A stretch of DNA of 64,000 bases from Octopus vulgaris (GCA_951406725.2 OX597837.1:43214001-43278000), one strand, 5' to 3'; shown: positions 1-14,336, counted from the first letter of the stretch. The notes: generated by a model not told the origin, from the letters alone. Made by a program: numbers and translations.

Positions 1-180
1 TCCTGCTTCACACAACCTACGCATTTATCCAAACTTCGCTATACTTTCTGCTCCCGCTGACTGCCATCAGGTTCTTCAAGCGGTTTTTTTATTCCTCGTG
101 TAAAAGAATATTTAAAAGAGTCGGAATGCAAAACAAAAAAAAAAAAAAAATGAAAAATTATTGTTGATGTCAGATTGAAG

Positions 181-251
181 GATTACTAAGGTCCATTGGT
201 AGAACACTTGTCATAATCACAGGAGATATGAGTTCGAATCCCATGGGCAGC
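181..251 (+). pseudogene. tRNA-like sequence (degenerate tRNA or SINE head)
   Basis: A-box-like TGGTAGAA, a 5-bp stem cttgt/acagg around a 7-nt loop, and B-box GAGTTCGAATC. The acceptor stem pairs poorly and the anticodon loop is non-canonical. Confidence 0.4.
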
Positions 252-674
252 GCTCGACTTTTTCTATCCAAAAGGCTACGCCACTAGGCTACGCGCTTTC
301 ACGTCGATGGAGCATCGGATAAAATATCTCGCGCAGTTTATTTCCGCCTGTAACATTCTGAGTCCACATTCCGGTACTGTTAGTTTTACTTGTCATACTT
401 CCGGGGTCGATAGAAATGCGCCAGTCTATTGCAGTAGCTTCGCAGAATCATTGGAACATTGGATGGAATGCCTCTGCCTTCTATGCTGGAATATATAGAC
501 ATGTAGTGGGAGAAACTTCACCTTGTCTAACATAATCATTTGGAAACTTCGTTGACTTTTTACAGAGTTAACTGGGGTCAGATCTGTGTTTTGATGATAC
601 CTACCAGACACCCACTCACCTCAATCTTTTTTTATTGTTACTTAGCCAGGTGTAAAGGCCATGTATACGTCTCA

Positions 675-689
675 CCATCATCATCGCCG

Positions 690-742
<53 letters not shown>

Positions 743-806
743 TACCCCCATCACTACCCCCATCCTCCTCCTCCTCCTCCTCATCATCATCATCATCATC
801 ATCATT

Positions 807-865
<59 letters not shown>

Positions 866-1010
866 TGTTACCATCGTCATTATCATCGCCGTTAAATTAT
901 CATCAAGTCTCCATCACCATAATCATGATGATCCTCGTCGTCGTCTTTCTCATCCTCCTCCCAACCACCACCATCACCATCACCACCACCACTATCATCA
1001 TCATCATCAT
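675..1010. repeat. (CAT)n/(CCT)n/(CAC)n compound trinucleotide microsatellite
   Basis: Directly visible; explains the poly-S/H/I/M/D ORFs. Confidence 0.95.
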
Positions 1011-1098
1011 CTTGGCTTACGTCAATATTTTCATCCTACCTACAAACTTCAAGAACATGGCTGCCCGAAGCACTTTCCGTGATTCTCTCCATTAAGGG

Positions 1099-1308
1099 CA
1101 TAAGGCCTGAAGTTTCTGCGAGCCGAGGACCAGTCAATTACAACGACCCCCAGTACTCAACTGGTAAATATCTTATCAACTCGGAAAAAGGAAAAAAAAT
1201 ATAAGGTCGACCTGATCGGAGTTTGAACTCAGAACGCAAAGCGACAGAAGAAATACCGCTAAGCATTTTGTCCTGTAAGAAATACCTGTAAGCTTTCTGC
1301 TCGGCGCC
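1099..1308 (-). mobile_element. SINE family B copy (degenerate)
   Basis: Reverse complement of the family B motifs atgcttagcggtatttc, ctgagttcaaa and taccagttgagtactgggggtcg seen at 31789-32002. Confidence 0.7.
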
Positions 1309-1664
1309 TGTCTCTGAAATATAAACAAATTTTTCCTGCACGTATATATTTTGTATATCAGCCGTCACCTTGTTGAAAACGCGTAGAAAACATAGATTTA
1401 TTTCTAAGAACTCTTGTTGTTTCAATTTTATACTAAGTAAGGTTATTTTATTACAGTCAACGTTTTAATAATCTGGCAGGCAATTACGAGTTATTACTTA
1501 AAATTGATAATAAAATGACAACAACAACAACAGCAACAGCAGCAGCGGTAGCAACAAAAAAAAGCATTTAATTAATAACACCAAAAAACTGACAAAATTT
1601 TCAGAGGAAAAAAAGAAAAAAAAAACAATCAGAAAAAACAGCTAAAACAAATTTACAAATAGGA

Positions 1665-1703
1665 ATGATAATAATAATGATAATGATAATAATAATAATA
1701 ATG

Positions 1704-1762
<59 letters not shown>

Positions 1763-1781
1763 GACGATGATAATGATGATG

Positions 1782-1816
<35 letters not shown>

Positions 1817-1847
1817 GATGATGATGATGCTGATAATGATGATGATG

Positions 1848-1906
<59 letters not shown>

Positions 1907-1928
1907 TATAATGATAATAATGATGATG

Positions 1929-1981
<53 letters not shown>

Positions 1982-2000
1982 GACGATGATAATGATGATG

Positions 2001-2052
<52 letters not shown>

Positions 2053-2064
2053 TAATAATAATAA
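1665..2064. repeat. (TAA/TGA)n microsatellite with duplicated variant blocks
   Basis: Directly visible; the block atgataatgataatgatgacgatgataatg occurs twice. Confidence 0.95.
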
Positions 2065-2238
2065 TCAGGCAACATTTCTTGAAATACTTAGTGAATAACT
2101 TTAATTAAGCTTATTCTTAAATGTTAGTTTGCAGTAATTCTTCTTGAGTAGGCACTAGCAGACGGATTTGAAGACCTACTTCAAAATTTAGGAGTTCGTT
2201 GGTGGATAATAAACAACAAAAACAACAACAGCAGTAGC

Positions 2239-2290
<52 letters not shown>

Positions 2291-2391
2291 GCACAGCAGC
2301 AATAAATAAGCCAATAACACACTACGATAACCAATATACGTAGAACAACGATGACAATAACAATGGCAATGTTAACAACAGCGACAAAGAC

Positions 2392-2453
<62 letters not shown>

Positions 2454-3843
2454 CGATAACGACCTAAGAAAGAAGAAAAAAACAACAACAATGTGTGGTA
2501 ATATAAAGAGTGAGAAAAATGTTGAAGAGAAAATAATAAATAATTAAGTAAATGAAGATAGAAATATAATAAACTAAATTTTTCATTAGGCATTAAAGTT
2601 TAGAGACGCAGATAAATATTCAAAAAGACACTAAAATTAAAATAAAATGCAGAAATCAACGCCATCGCCGTCGTTGTCGAGCCAAGTTGTCGTCGCCGTT
2701 ATCATCGTCATCATCATCATCATGACCGCTATCATCATCATCATCATTCTGATCATCATCGTCGTCGTCCTCGTCATCATCGTCAGCAACACAATCCTCG
2801 TAATCCGCATCGTCATGTCCTTTTCTCCATCCTACTGCTCCTCCTCCACATCATCATCATCATCATTATCACCAATGCAATCCTCGTTTTCTCCAACCTA
2901 TTCTCTTCTCCGTACTCCTAAACTTCCTCCCTCCTCCTCCACCTCCTCGTCATCATCATCATTATCACCAATACAATCCTCGTCCTCCCCATCATCACAT
3001 CCCTCCTCCTCTGCTCCTGCTCTGCTCCTCCTTCTCCTCCTCCTCCTCCTCCTCCTCCTCCTCCACTTCTCATCCCCTCCTCTTCTCATCTCCTCCTCCT
3101 TCTCATCTCCTCCACCTCCTCATTGCCTCCCCTCCCCCTTCTCATCTCCTCCACCTCCTCATTGCCTCCCCTCCCCTACCTCCACCTCCCCATGATTACC
3201 ATTTCTTATAGCTGGCACCAAAATAACAATCATTATCATAGTCACGAAATTCGCTCATTCGCTCATAAATATTCTCCCGTAATCAATGTGCGTGTATGTG
3301 CTTATGCCCGTGTGTGTGTATGTATGTGTTTGAGTAAGAGAAATTTCAGGGGAATCTGTTAGAGATTTGCTTCGGCGAACAAATTTAATTTATTGGTGAA
3401 GGAAAATTTTCTCGAGTTCGTATGACGTTCGGAAAATTCATTATGACGTTTCGTACGCTTTTCTTTCTTCAAGAACAAGAAGAATATATTTTCTCCGTGA
3501 GAAAGCACATACACGCACACATATACACCTAACCACACATTCTAATAGACACACATAAACACAAACATATACACACACACACACATACACGCACACACAC
3601 AGACGCATATACTCTGTACAAACAGAGATTATGGAAGGCAGCACGCGTATCACCTGTAGATTATCAAGTCACTAATCGGTGTTCTCAATTTAATCAGCGT
3701 CATACTGATCTATTGAATAGTTCAAGGTGAAAAAGAACAAATTTCTATTAATTGACATAATCTACGCAATCAGTAGACAAGATCTTCCAATGAGGTTTAG
3801 AATTTCAAAACTACAACACAATGGAAATAACTAGAACATTAGG

Positions 3844-4151
3844 AGGAGTGGCTGTGAGGTAAGTAGCTTGCTCCGGGTTCAGTCCCACTGTGTGGCACCT
3901 TGGGCAAGTGTCTTCTACTATAGCCTCAGTCCGACCAAAGCCTTGTGAGTGGATTTGGTAGACGGAAAATGAAAGAAGCCCGTCATATATATGTGTTGTG
4001 TGTGTGTGTGTGTGTTTGTATATATGTTTGTGTGTCTGTGTTTGTCCCCTTAGCTTTGCTGATAACCGATGCTGGTGTGTTTACGTCCCCGTAACTTAGC
4101 GGTTCGGCGAAAGAGACCGATAAAATAAGTACTGGGCTTACAAAGAATAAG
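3844..4151 (+). mobile_element. tRNA-derived CORE-like SINE family A, 3' end truncated
   Basis: aggagtggctgtg head, gggttcagtccc B-box, ccttgggcaagtgtcttctactatagcc core, internal (TA)/(TG) tract; matches the full copies at 56788 and 61130. Confidence 0.85.
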
Positions 4152-6396
4152 ACTCTCCTCAGACACAACAGCATATATATATATATAAAACCACATAACT
4201 CTACATTTGGTATTCGAGTACTACTTCCCCCTTTGTTTTTCGTTTATATCCTCACTTGTCTGTGTGTGTGTGTGTGTGTGTATGCATGTGTGTGTGTATG
4301 CATGTGTGTGTGTGTATGTCTCTCTTTCTCAATTTGCACCCGAATACATGTTGACAACCTGTGTTGTTTGTTTACGTCCCTGTAACTTAACGGTTCAGCC
4401 AAACAAAAAAAAACAAACTACTACACAATAAGTACCAGGCTCAAAAATCAAACAAGTAAACACACAGTACTTGTGTCAATTCGTTCGACTAAAATCAAGT
4501 CAAAGTGGTGCCCCAGCATGGCCGCAGTGTAATCTCTTGAAACAATTGAAACACAGAAGATACACACGGCACCGTCTAGATAATCTCGAAACGCCTCGAT
4601 GTATTCAATCTAAATCTAAACCCGAACACTCTGGAGATATAATGGCGGTGTGATATTTAATAACATGTCGCTCCTACTCCGCTTCAATGACTTGTTGCGT
4701 AGAATAAAAGCTAATACACAATTCATGAAGAGAACTAACAAGCACTGAAATTGCTCTGTCGTGATTACTGGTCCTTGACATTTCTGTCAAATTACTTACA
4801 AGGGTCAGGCCCGCACGGTAAGTTAGTTTGGGCGCAAACTGCAATGTTAATAACCTCTTTCAGCACTTAGGGTTAATGGAAAAGAGAAAATTATATTTAC
4901 GCAAATCTGTTTGTACGTATGTATTTATATACGCACTTGTACGTATGGTTTTATGTATAGATATACATACATGTATGTCCACATATATATATATATATAT
5001 ATATGTGTATGTACGCATATTTATTTATACACATACATACATATACACTTGTATATATATTAATATATATATATATGTGTGTGTATACGTATATGCATAT
5101 ATATATTTATTCATACACACACGCACACACACATATATACATCTACATGTATGTATGTGTGTAAGTGCGCTTGCGTGAGTGCATGTGTATACATTTATAT
5201 GTAATATATTTATGTGTATGCACATATATGTCTATATATATATATTTATGTGTGTGTGTGTGTGTTTACACATAGATAGTTGCAAGTATAGACATATATG
5301 CACACACAAACACACACACATATATACATATCTATGTATATATCTGTGTACGTATCTATGTACGTATCCATGTGTGTGTGTATGTACACAGATACAAATA
5401 TAGACATATATGCATACATAAACATAGATATATATATATTTATATATACATATCTATGTATGTATATTCATACACAAACATACACACACATACACGCACA
5501 CGCATGCACACATGTATTTGTCTATGTACATATCTTGATAAACGCATGGTCAACCAAGGTGGCAATAAATAATGCACATGGAAATATTTGCAGGAGATTT
5601 AAGATGACATCAATTTCGCTTATTCAATATCACATAAACTTTCACAACAACTCCATGGTCTCCACCTTCACCCCTCACTGCCATCAACGCCACCACCACC
5701 ACCACCACAAGCAAAACACTAAGTGAGCAACACATCACCCTCCGCTACATAACATTCAGAAAGTGTGAGAGAGAGCCATAGCGAAAGTGAAAGTTCAATG
5801 GTTGTTCAATCATTATATATGGTGTGTCAGCTGATCGATGTTACTCGGTCACTGACTGGCGCAGTAGATAACTTAGTGTCAACACATTTTATACAACGAA
5901 CAATACTGAGCTAACAAACCTACGAACGTTACGTCGAGCGGATGTTCCACCTAAACGTGACCGAAATTCTGTATGTCGAGAACTGCTTTTCTTTTTTGCC
6001 TGTTCCTCCATTTTTATTTTTCGAGTGCAGGAAATGTTTTTTTTTTTTTTTACTGATGACACGATTTCAAACAATGAGATTTTCGCAGAAATTTGAGCAT
6101 ATTCTCGAAGATTCTCTTCTCTCTAATCGCTCGTTATATCTTGTTTGAAATATCAGCCTCCTTTAAACTGCATATATATCGTGTATTCGAACGGAAAAAT
6201 ATAAAGATCTTATATAATGTGAAATTCTGTTTCTGTGATAGTGGAACCGTCGAAACCACGAGTTGGGTTACTCATTATTGGCTGGCTCGTTATTAGATGT
6301 CTGTGGCTGTTCGGAGGACTTGAGAAACAATACGATAAATGTGCAACATTGCCTTACAAGAATTGAAAGGTCTAACCTAGACAGGAAGTAATAATG

Positions 6397-6469
<73 letters not shown>

Positions 6470-7311
6470 CCTAGTCTGCCATTTCAAGGAGGATGCATTG
6501 GCTAAACGCCAATACCATAACACCACCACCGCCACCAGGACCACCACCACCAGGACCACCACCACCAGGACCACTACCACCACCACCACCACCACCATCA
6601 TCACCACAATAACAACAAAATAACAGCAGTACTACCGTCACCACCATCACCATCACAACCACCGCCACCAGAAACACCCCCGTCACCACCACCACCACCA
6701 CCACCATTACCACCACCAGAACAACCACAACAAGAGCAATAAGAAAATTATAGTAATATATTTTTATGTATTGCATCGCCATTGTTTCGTATGGAGATTA
6801 CAATAACTTAGCATTATTCTATTCCGAACGGTTTATTCCATTGAGAATAGAATATATCTGTCGGCCACAATAACCTATCCGTTAGATATATTTATTTGTT
6901 TCATTTATTTGCTTGCTTTCTTTTTCTTTTCTTTTCTTTTTTTTCTCTGGTCGTTGTTGTCGATAACAATGTTACGTGTTCGCATAAAAACAAAATGGTG
7001 CCCAGCAGAAATAGTGAATGGATATTTTCTACTGTTTCCAGCTCAGAATTGGAGCATAAAAGTTCAACAGAATAATAAACGCATTATCGTCTTGTAAACG
7101 ATATAACGTTTAAGAAGTCACACGACCTGCTAGAAATAACAGCCTAATTATTCCTCAAGGATCATATTCCTCAAAGATCGTATCATTGAAAGGAACTCTG
7201 CCACTTTGCTTCCATGAAGCTCCTTAATTAAAAAACACCAAGTTATCTCTTTTGTTTGTAATTTCTTTATTTGTTCTTTTTGTTGTTTTTCTTTGAAATG
7301 ACTTGAAACTA

Positions 7312-7368
<57 letters not shown>

Positions 7369-7446
7369 CATATTGATAAAAATAAAAATATAATAATAAT
7401 AAAAAACAAAACATAATTTTCGTACTTATAATAAATAAGTACAAAA

Positions 7447-7564
7447 CCAAATATATGGCACACTAGGCATAACACCAACACGAACTTCCAACTTGGTGTC
7501 TCTTGAGGTCTCTGAGTGAAACTTGGAGCCAGCTTGTGAAAATGTAACGCAAAAGTCAAACATA
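7447..7564 (+). mobile_element. ~120-bp element in (TAA/TAG)n, resembling an R4/Dong 3' end (copy 1)
   Basis: Closely similar to 7709-7826 and to the reverse complement of 51448-51566; ends in a trinucleotide tract. Confidence 0.7.
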
Positions 7565-7567
7565 AAA

Positions 7568-7655
<88 letters not shown>

Positions 7656-7708
7656 TTAAAAAAAATTTATTTATTAGACATTCACTAGTACAACACCCCC
7701 AAAAACCC

Positions 7709-7823
7709 CCAAATATATGGCACACTAGGCATAACAACAACGTGAACTTCCAACCTGTTGTCTCTTGAGGTCTCTGGGTGAGACTTGGAGCTAACTTGTA
7801 CAAACATAAAGCAAAAGTCAAAC

Positions 7824-7826
<3 letters not shown>
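7709..7826 (+). mobile_element. ~120-bp element in (TAA)n (copy 2)
   Basis: ccaaatatatggcac...gaggtctctgggtgagacttggag...aaagtcaaacata followed by (TAA)n. Confidence 0.7.
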
Positions 7827-7881
<55 letters not shown>

Positions 7882-7964
7882 CCAGATGATCCAAGAAAAA
7901 CGGTAAACTACTAACTGTGAATCAGACCAGAAATATGGTAGAGACAATAAGGAAAAAACTCCAA

Positions 7965-8135
7965 TTGCTAGAAATAGCAACCAGATGTCCATCAAATCAC
8001 ATCCTTCTATTTAAAGTCAGTATTGAAGTGTGTAGTTACAAGTATCAAAATTCAAGGAAAATGGTATGGTCGTGGCTGGAAGCCCCTGAACTGCCTTCTT
8101 GTCTGATCAAGGCTGGCCTAGGGCTAAACAACAAC
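7965..8135 (+). repeat. Dispersed repeat (SINE-like family D)
   Basis: Shares tgctagaaata...aaatca...tggtc(g/a)(t/c)g(g/a)ctggaa...gatc...ggg(c/a)taaaca with 20220-20560; shorter heads near 7128 and 29395. Confidence 0.5.
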
Positions 8136-8255
8136 ACATTCATCTATACAGTCACTGGACATCCCAACAAGATAGACAGGATGGTCATCGATGGAACCTC
8201 CCGGACCACTACTGATCGTAAGTTCTGTTGGGTTTATGTATGCATTTATGTGTGC

Positions 8256-8308
8256 ATATAAATATGACCAAAATAATAAAATTTTGAAAAGTATATATTC
8301 ACATCAAA

Positions 8309-8394
<86 letters not shown>

Positions 8395-8636
8395 GGTAAG
8401 AGGGCGAGAAAGAATGAACGAAAGAGAAAGAGAGAGGGAAGAACCAAAAGACGAATAAGCGAGTGTATTTATATGAGCGGTGGTTGATAGTTGAGTGGTT
8501 GAATATTACAAGGTTCCATACACGGTTCCTCTCTTAATCTGGGTAGCATCTGATATATATATATACGTGTGGTGTAGGTAAAGCTATCGCTAAATCTAAG
8601 TCATGGTTTCGTAGAAGCATCCGAGCGGACATCTGC
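8256..8636 (+). repeat. Local duplication, copy 1
   Basis: Near-identical to 12470-12788 apart from (CA)n length and a few substitutions/indels. Confidence 0.9.
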
Positions 8637-8727
8637 GATGTGAAGGAGAGATAAGGGCGGGCGAGCGTTTGCCGAAGCCGTACCGTTTATGATTGCGCCG
8701 GCAGCAGCAGAAACAGCAAACGTGGTT

Positions 8728-8770
<43 letters not shown>

Positions 8771-8924
8771 TAGTGGTAGTAGTAGTAGTAGTAGTGGTTG
8801 TAGTAGCAGTAGTAGCTGTAGTAGTAGTTACGGTAGATGATGTAAAGTAATGATCTTGGTACCCTGTATTAGTATTTATATGAGATGAGAAGATTGTGTC
8901 TGTGTGTGTGTATGTGTGTGTATG

Positions 8925-8983
<59 letters not shown>

Positions 8984-9116
8984 GGTGGAACAGTATGTGT
9001 GAGTGTGTGGTTTACACAGTTGTTGCTCTTTCCGCTTCACATGAACTGCGGATAAGTCGTTTCCACTCGGCTACTTCCGTGAAACAGCGGCCTCGATTTA
9101 ATTACATAGTTAACTA

Positions 9117-9200
<84 letters not shown>

Positions 9201-9338
9201 TACATACACGCAGAGCACACATGCGCACAAACAAACACAGAAAAACTAGAAATGGAGACCTACACCACAATAATACACATAAATATATGCATGTGTGAGT
9301 ATAAACACACATACACACATATCTGTATACATATGTCA

Positions 9339-9434
<96 letters not shown>

Positions 9435-9484
9435 ATATATATATATATCTCCACTTATATATATATATATATATATAATCCCCG

Positions 9485-9546
<62 letters not shown>

Positions 9547-9645
9547 TACATATGTAAATCTATACATACACGTAAAAGCATATATATTTATACAAATTTA
9601 TATATATTTACATATATATGTAAATATATGTAAATTTTTATAAAA

Positions 9646-9682
<37 letters not shown>

Positions 9683-9810
9683 CATATGTGCACATAAGTA
9701 TGTATATATATGTATACACACACACATATATATAAATATATTTATATATATATAGACTTACGTACGCATTTGTAAACGTATATATATATACATATATATA
9801 TCTGTGTGTG

Positions 9811-9857
<47 letters not shown>

Positions 9858-10077
9858 TTGTGCGTGTGTTTGTGTACAGAGAGAGAGATAAATAGATGAA
9901 TAGATAAATGTTTATGTAAAATTATGTAAAAGATTGAAACAGACAGGCATCGCCGGTCCAATGTTTGCCCCATGAATATGGATGCAGAAATGCTATTAAA
10001 GAGACGGAAGCTGATGCGCGCACTCGCTCTCCATAGGTATAGGTTTTATATGTATCTATGTGTGGTGGCGTGCATGC

Positions 10078-10117
<40 letters not shown>

Positions 10118-10139
10118 TATACATACATACATACATACA

Positions 10140-10652
10140 TCTATATATATAAAACTGTAGTTGTGTGAGTGTCTGTCCCCTTCGATTTAGATTCCTAACT
10201 ACTCCCACATTTTGCGGTGCAGTTTAACCAAATTCGGGTATCTTATAGTCGTGATTCATATCGAGCCCGTCTGGGTATTAGCGCGCGTCTACGATGCGTC
10301 TACGATTTTAAAAATAATTTAACATCATTTTTTATTCCATTTTAATGCATAATTTTTCGCGTGTCGATGGCGGCGGAATTGGCGTCCATGGTCACACCTG
10401 CACCTGTTTGCTTCTCCCCCTTCTTCCCTCCCTCGTGAAGCTGTGGGGAAGGGAGTGTAAGGAAATCAACATCGTAAAGCGTTGTCAAGGAGACCAGCGT
10501 TCTTTTAGAACAAATACTTCATGGCTTGAAGACACCAAAACAGAAATGGCTAAGAAAGCCCGAATTGGCATCTATAAGGGAAGTAACTCTCTAAAAATGC
10601 TTATATAGTTATTTCCCTTACAAACCCGAGCAACGCCGGGCGATACTGCTAG
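10140..10652 (+). mobile_element. Non-autonomous Helitron
   Basis: 5' TC(TATATATAAAAC), 3' hairpin CCCGAGCAACGCCGGG then CTAG, inserted between A and T with no TSD; second copy at 54945-55450. Confidence 0.85.
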
Positions 10653-10899
10653 TGTATATATATAATGCTTTAAGAAAGCATTATTATTATTATTATTATT
10701 ATTATCATCATCATCATCACCATCATTAGCAGCAGCAGCAGCATCTATGCATGTATGTATATATGTATATATGAATGTATGTATGTATGTATGTATGTAT
10801 GTATGTATGTATGTATGTATGTATGTATGTATGTATGTATGTATGTATGTATTTATGTATGTATGCATGACGATTGCGATCTAGTCAGTCACTCTGAAA

Positions 10900-11990
10900 C
10901 AGGCCCCTAATTTTGCACCTGAATTTGACTCAGCTTGTGATGATTTCGGATTGCAGCACCACTAAAACTTTCGTTAAGAGTAAGTTACTCGAAGTTTTTG
11001 ACTCTTTCGTCTACCTCCGTGCAAAATGATGGAAATCTGGACGCAGAAATACATCTGCGAATTATAAAAGCGCAGCCGCAGCAATAAGAGGTTTGAAGCT
11101 ACGCGATTGGCGCCAACGACATATAAAGAGCAAGAAAAAGTTGGCTCTTTACATATCGTTTGTCTTACCGTCCCTGGTGTATTCTTTTGAGAAATGGACG
11201 TGTTATGGAAGATATTTCGAATTGTGAGAACAATTCCACCAAAAATGCCTTTGCCGCATTTTAAACATTAACTGTTTCTTGTTACTTTTTACACCAGACA
11301 CAGATGTCTTTGCTTCTGCAGGCTTCACTTTAATTAAATCAATGATTCTGAAAAATCAAATGAGATGGTTTGGCCATATTGTTTAAATGGCGAATGAATG
11401 CGCACACCCAAACAGCCGTTTTATGGCGAGCTTGCAGAGGGGAAACTCAGTCGGTGTAATCCTAGAAAGATTGTTTAAGGACGACATAAGGACTATCGTG
11501 AAGTCACTTGGAATGGACCCACGGGCGATTGTAACCGTTGCTTCGGATCGCGCTAGATGACAAACGAATGTGTGAAGTGGAGTGAAGGCTTTTGACGGGT
11601 CCAGGATGACACATGTACGATTCAAGAGAGATTTAAAGAAGTTTGTTGCGGTGAATCTCAGCGAACTTTTTGTGTACCTATGCGTTTCTCTCGCTGGGTT
11701 CAAATCTCATTTGCGGATCCATGAAAAACGAACCTCCACCAGCTATTCTACCTATATGTCTGTGTACACCTTTCAATGCCGTGTATGACAGAAGGTTTGC
11801 AAATCTAACGGAGGCCTCAAGAGACATTTTAAGATCCACAAAGATCAGAACTAAACTGCAGCTCTTAGTGGTCCAAATCCGACATGCAATCTTTGTGGGT
11901 ATCTAAGAAGTCCTAAAGTTGTCAAGAAGTCAACTGTCAGTTAAACACATTTGAAATCTGATGAGTACACGATGTATAAAAGCACTAATT
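10900..11990 (+). mobile_element. Decayed RTE-clade LINE 3' portion
   Basis: Interrupted peptides DGNLDAEIHLRIIKA, FHQKCL, MILKNQMRWFGHIV, PKQPFYGELAEGK and FKDDIR, followed by C2H2-like SLAGFKSHLRIH and CKSNGGLKRHFKIH; stops and frameshifts present. Confidence 0.85.
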
Positions 11991-12085
11991 TTGTTAAAAT
12001 ACCATAATACAAAACCTGAAAACCAGACTATGTTTTAATTTTATTCAACTGATATATTATTCTATACACATTCACATAAATTCGA

Positions 12086-12137
<52 letters not shown>

Positions 12138-12430
12138 TTGGGATTTGGTTTGCAAGATTCTTTATGTGAGTTCGTGTGTTGAAGCATATTCTGTTGTGTC
12201 TGGGGAGTCAGTCTCGTTTATTGCCTTATAATTTAACACACTAAATACACACACACTCGAACACACACACACGCACACACATATATAGACACCAAAATGG
12301 GAACAAACGGCAATCCTCCTTGTGATTGGCTTGAACATTTCTAAAGATATTAAGATATTTTCCTATTGTTCTTAACATGAAACCAATAGTAGCCTTAATT
12401 GGCACACACTCACACACATACACGCACGCA

Positions 12431-12469
<39 letters not shown>

Positions 12470-12474
<5 letters not shown>

Positions 12475-12784
12475 AATATGACCAAAATAATAAAATTTTG
12501 AAAAGTATATATTCACATCAAAATACACACACACACACACACATATATGGTAAGAGAACGAGAAAGAATGAACGAAAGAGAAAGAGAGAGGGAAGAACTA
12601 AATGACGAGTAAGCGAGTGTATTTATATGAGCGGTGGTTGATAGTTGAGTGAACATTACAAGGTTCCATACACGGTTCCTCTCTTAATCTGGGTAGCATC
12701 TGATATATATATATACGTGTGGTGTAGGTAAAGCTATCGCTAAAAATCTATGCCATGGTTTCGTAGAGGGATCCGAGCGGACAT

Positions 12785-12788
<4 letters not shown>
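12470..12788 (+). repeat. Local duplication, copy 2
   Basis: Near-identical to 8256-8636; flanked by (CA)n on both sides. Confidence 0.9.
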
Positions 12789-12838
<50 letters not shown>

Positions 12839-13672
12839 ATACACACACTTATTTATTTCTGTATGATGGTAGTCCGATGTTTCTTTCGGCGATAAGATGT
12901 CAGTTGTATGGTCAACCGAATCATCTTCTTAAATAAGAAACTCAGTTTTCTTCAGACATGTCTAAGAGTAATGCAGCTCCAAAACAGAATCACCATGTTA
13001 CACTTTGTGACGAAAAGCGCAACCCATTCGGCAGGCTTCCGCACAGTTTCCGTCAACTGATCTTTACTCATTAAGCATAGATCAGCGTGAGGTTCTACAA
13101 AAGAGCATTTGACAACGGTGTCAAGCAGCAGCTGTGAACCAGTGGGCATATATGATTGCGAAGCGATCTCTTTAGACATTCAGCTTCAACGCTCCTGCTG
13201 TGCGTGTGTACGTGTGTCCACGCACAGATTTTCTAACGGACTTGTTTCTTACGCGCGCGCGCACACACACACACACGCACGACTGTACATATATTTATAT
13301 ATGTATATGTGTGTGTTTGTGGGTATATAATAATGTTTGTATGCGATATGTATATATGTATGTATATATATTTATGTATGTATACAGGCACATAAAACGC
13401 AGTTATATGTATACGCATACACGCACGCACACACACACATACATTGTAATATTCGTATATCATATGCATATTTTATGTATTATATATATGAATATTTAAT
13501 ATACATACATATATATATATATGTGTGTATATTAAATATACATATATATACATATATTTGTACACAACCAGATATATATATATGTATAAATATAGATAAT
13601 ATGTATATGTATTTATATATATATATACATTTTATATACTGTGTGTGTACATATATACATATGTATACATAC

Positions 13673-13727
<55 letters not shown>

Positions 13728-14275
13728 CATAATATGTATGTGTATATATATATTTCTCTATATAGATATGTATGTATATATATGTACCTATCATCTATAT
13801 CTGTATATATTTTTTATACATACATACATATATATATAGGCGCATATAACAGACACACAAAGTCACAAACACACACGATGCGCGCGCACACACACAATTT
13901 AAATTTTGTCGTAATTTACATATGAAATCAAGAGAGAACCGTTAAATGTTGCAGAATGAAAACAAAAACCATTAATAAAAAAAAATAACAAAATTACCTC
14001 CGAAAAAAATTATCGAATGGCTGTAAGGTGCCCTCTCCTCCGAGCCCGCCACCACACACGAAAATACAAAAAAAAAAGAAGAAAAATGTAAGAGCAAATA
14101 ATATGATTAAAAAATAAGCAAGAATATATGAAATTGCAATAAAAACAAAGAATTTTGTGATTTTGTTCTATTTTGCTGTTTCTTTTATAAAATTTTGTTT
14201 TATAATTTTAAATAGTGAATGTAATTAAATTCTAGCGTGACTTGAAACATCTGTTGGCTTACGTGTGTGTGTGTG

Positions 14276-14336
<61 letters not shown>

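Noticed and set aside
4767-4877. Cluster of small hairpins with a strong GTAAGT donor
   Set aside because: Stems of 10 bp or less, no good acceptor, and no recognisable product or RNA family.
8860-8882. miR-10-like start TACCCTGTA
   Set aside because: Only 9 nt match and there is no complementary arm.
9946-10037. Possible plus-strand exon (MNMDAEMLLKRRKL...)
   Set aside because: No polypyrimidine tract, weak donor and no homology recognised.
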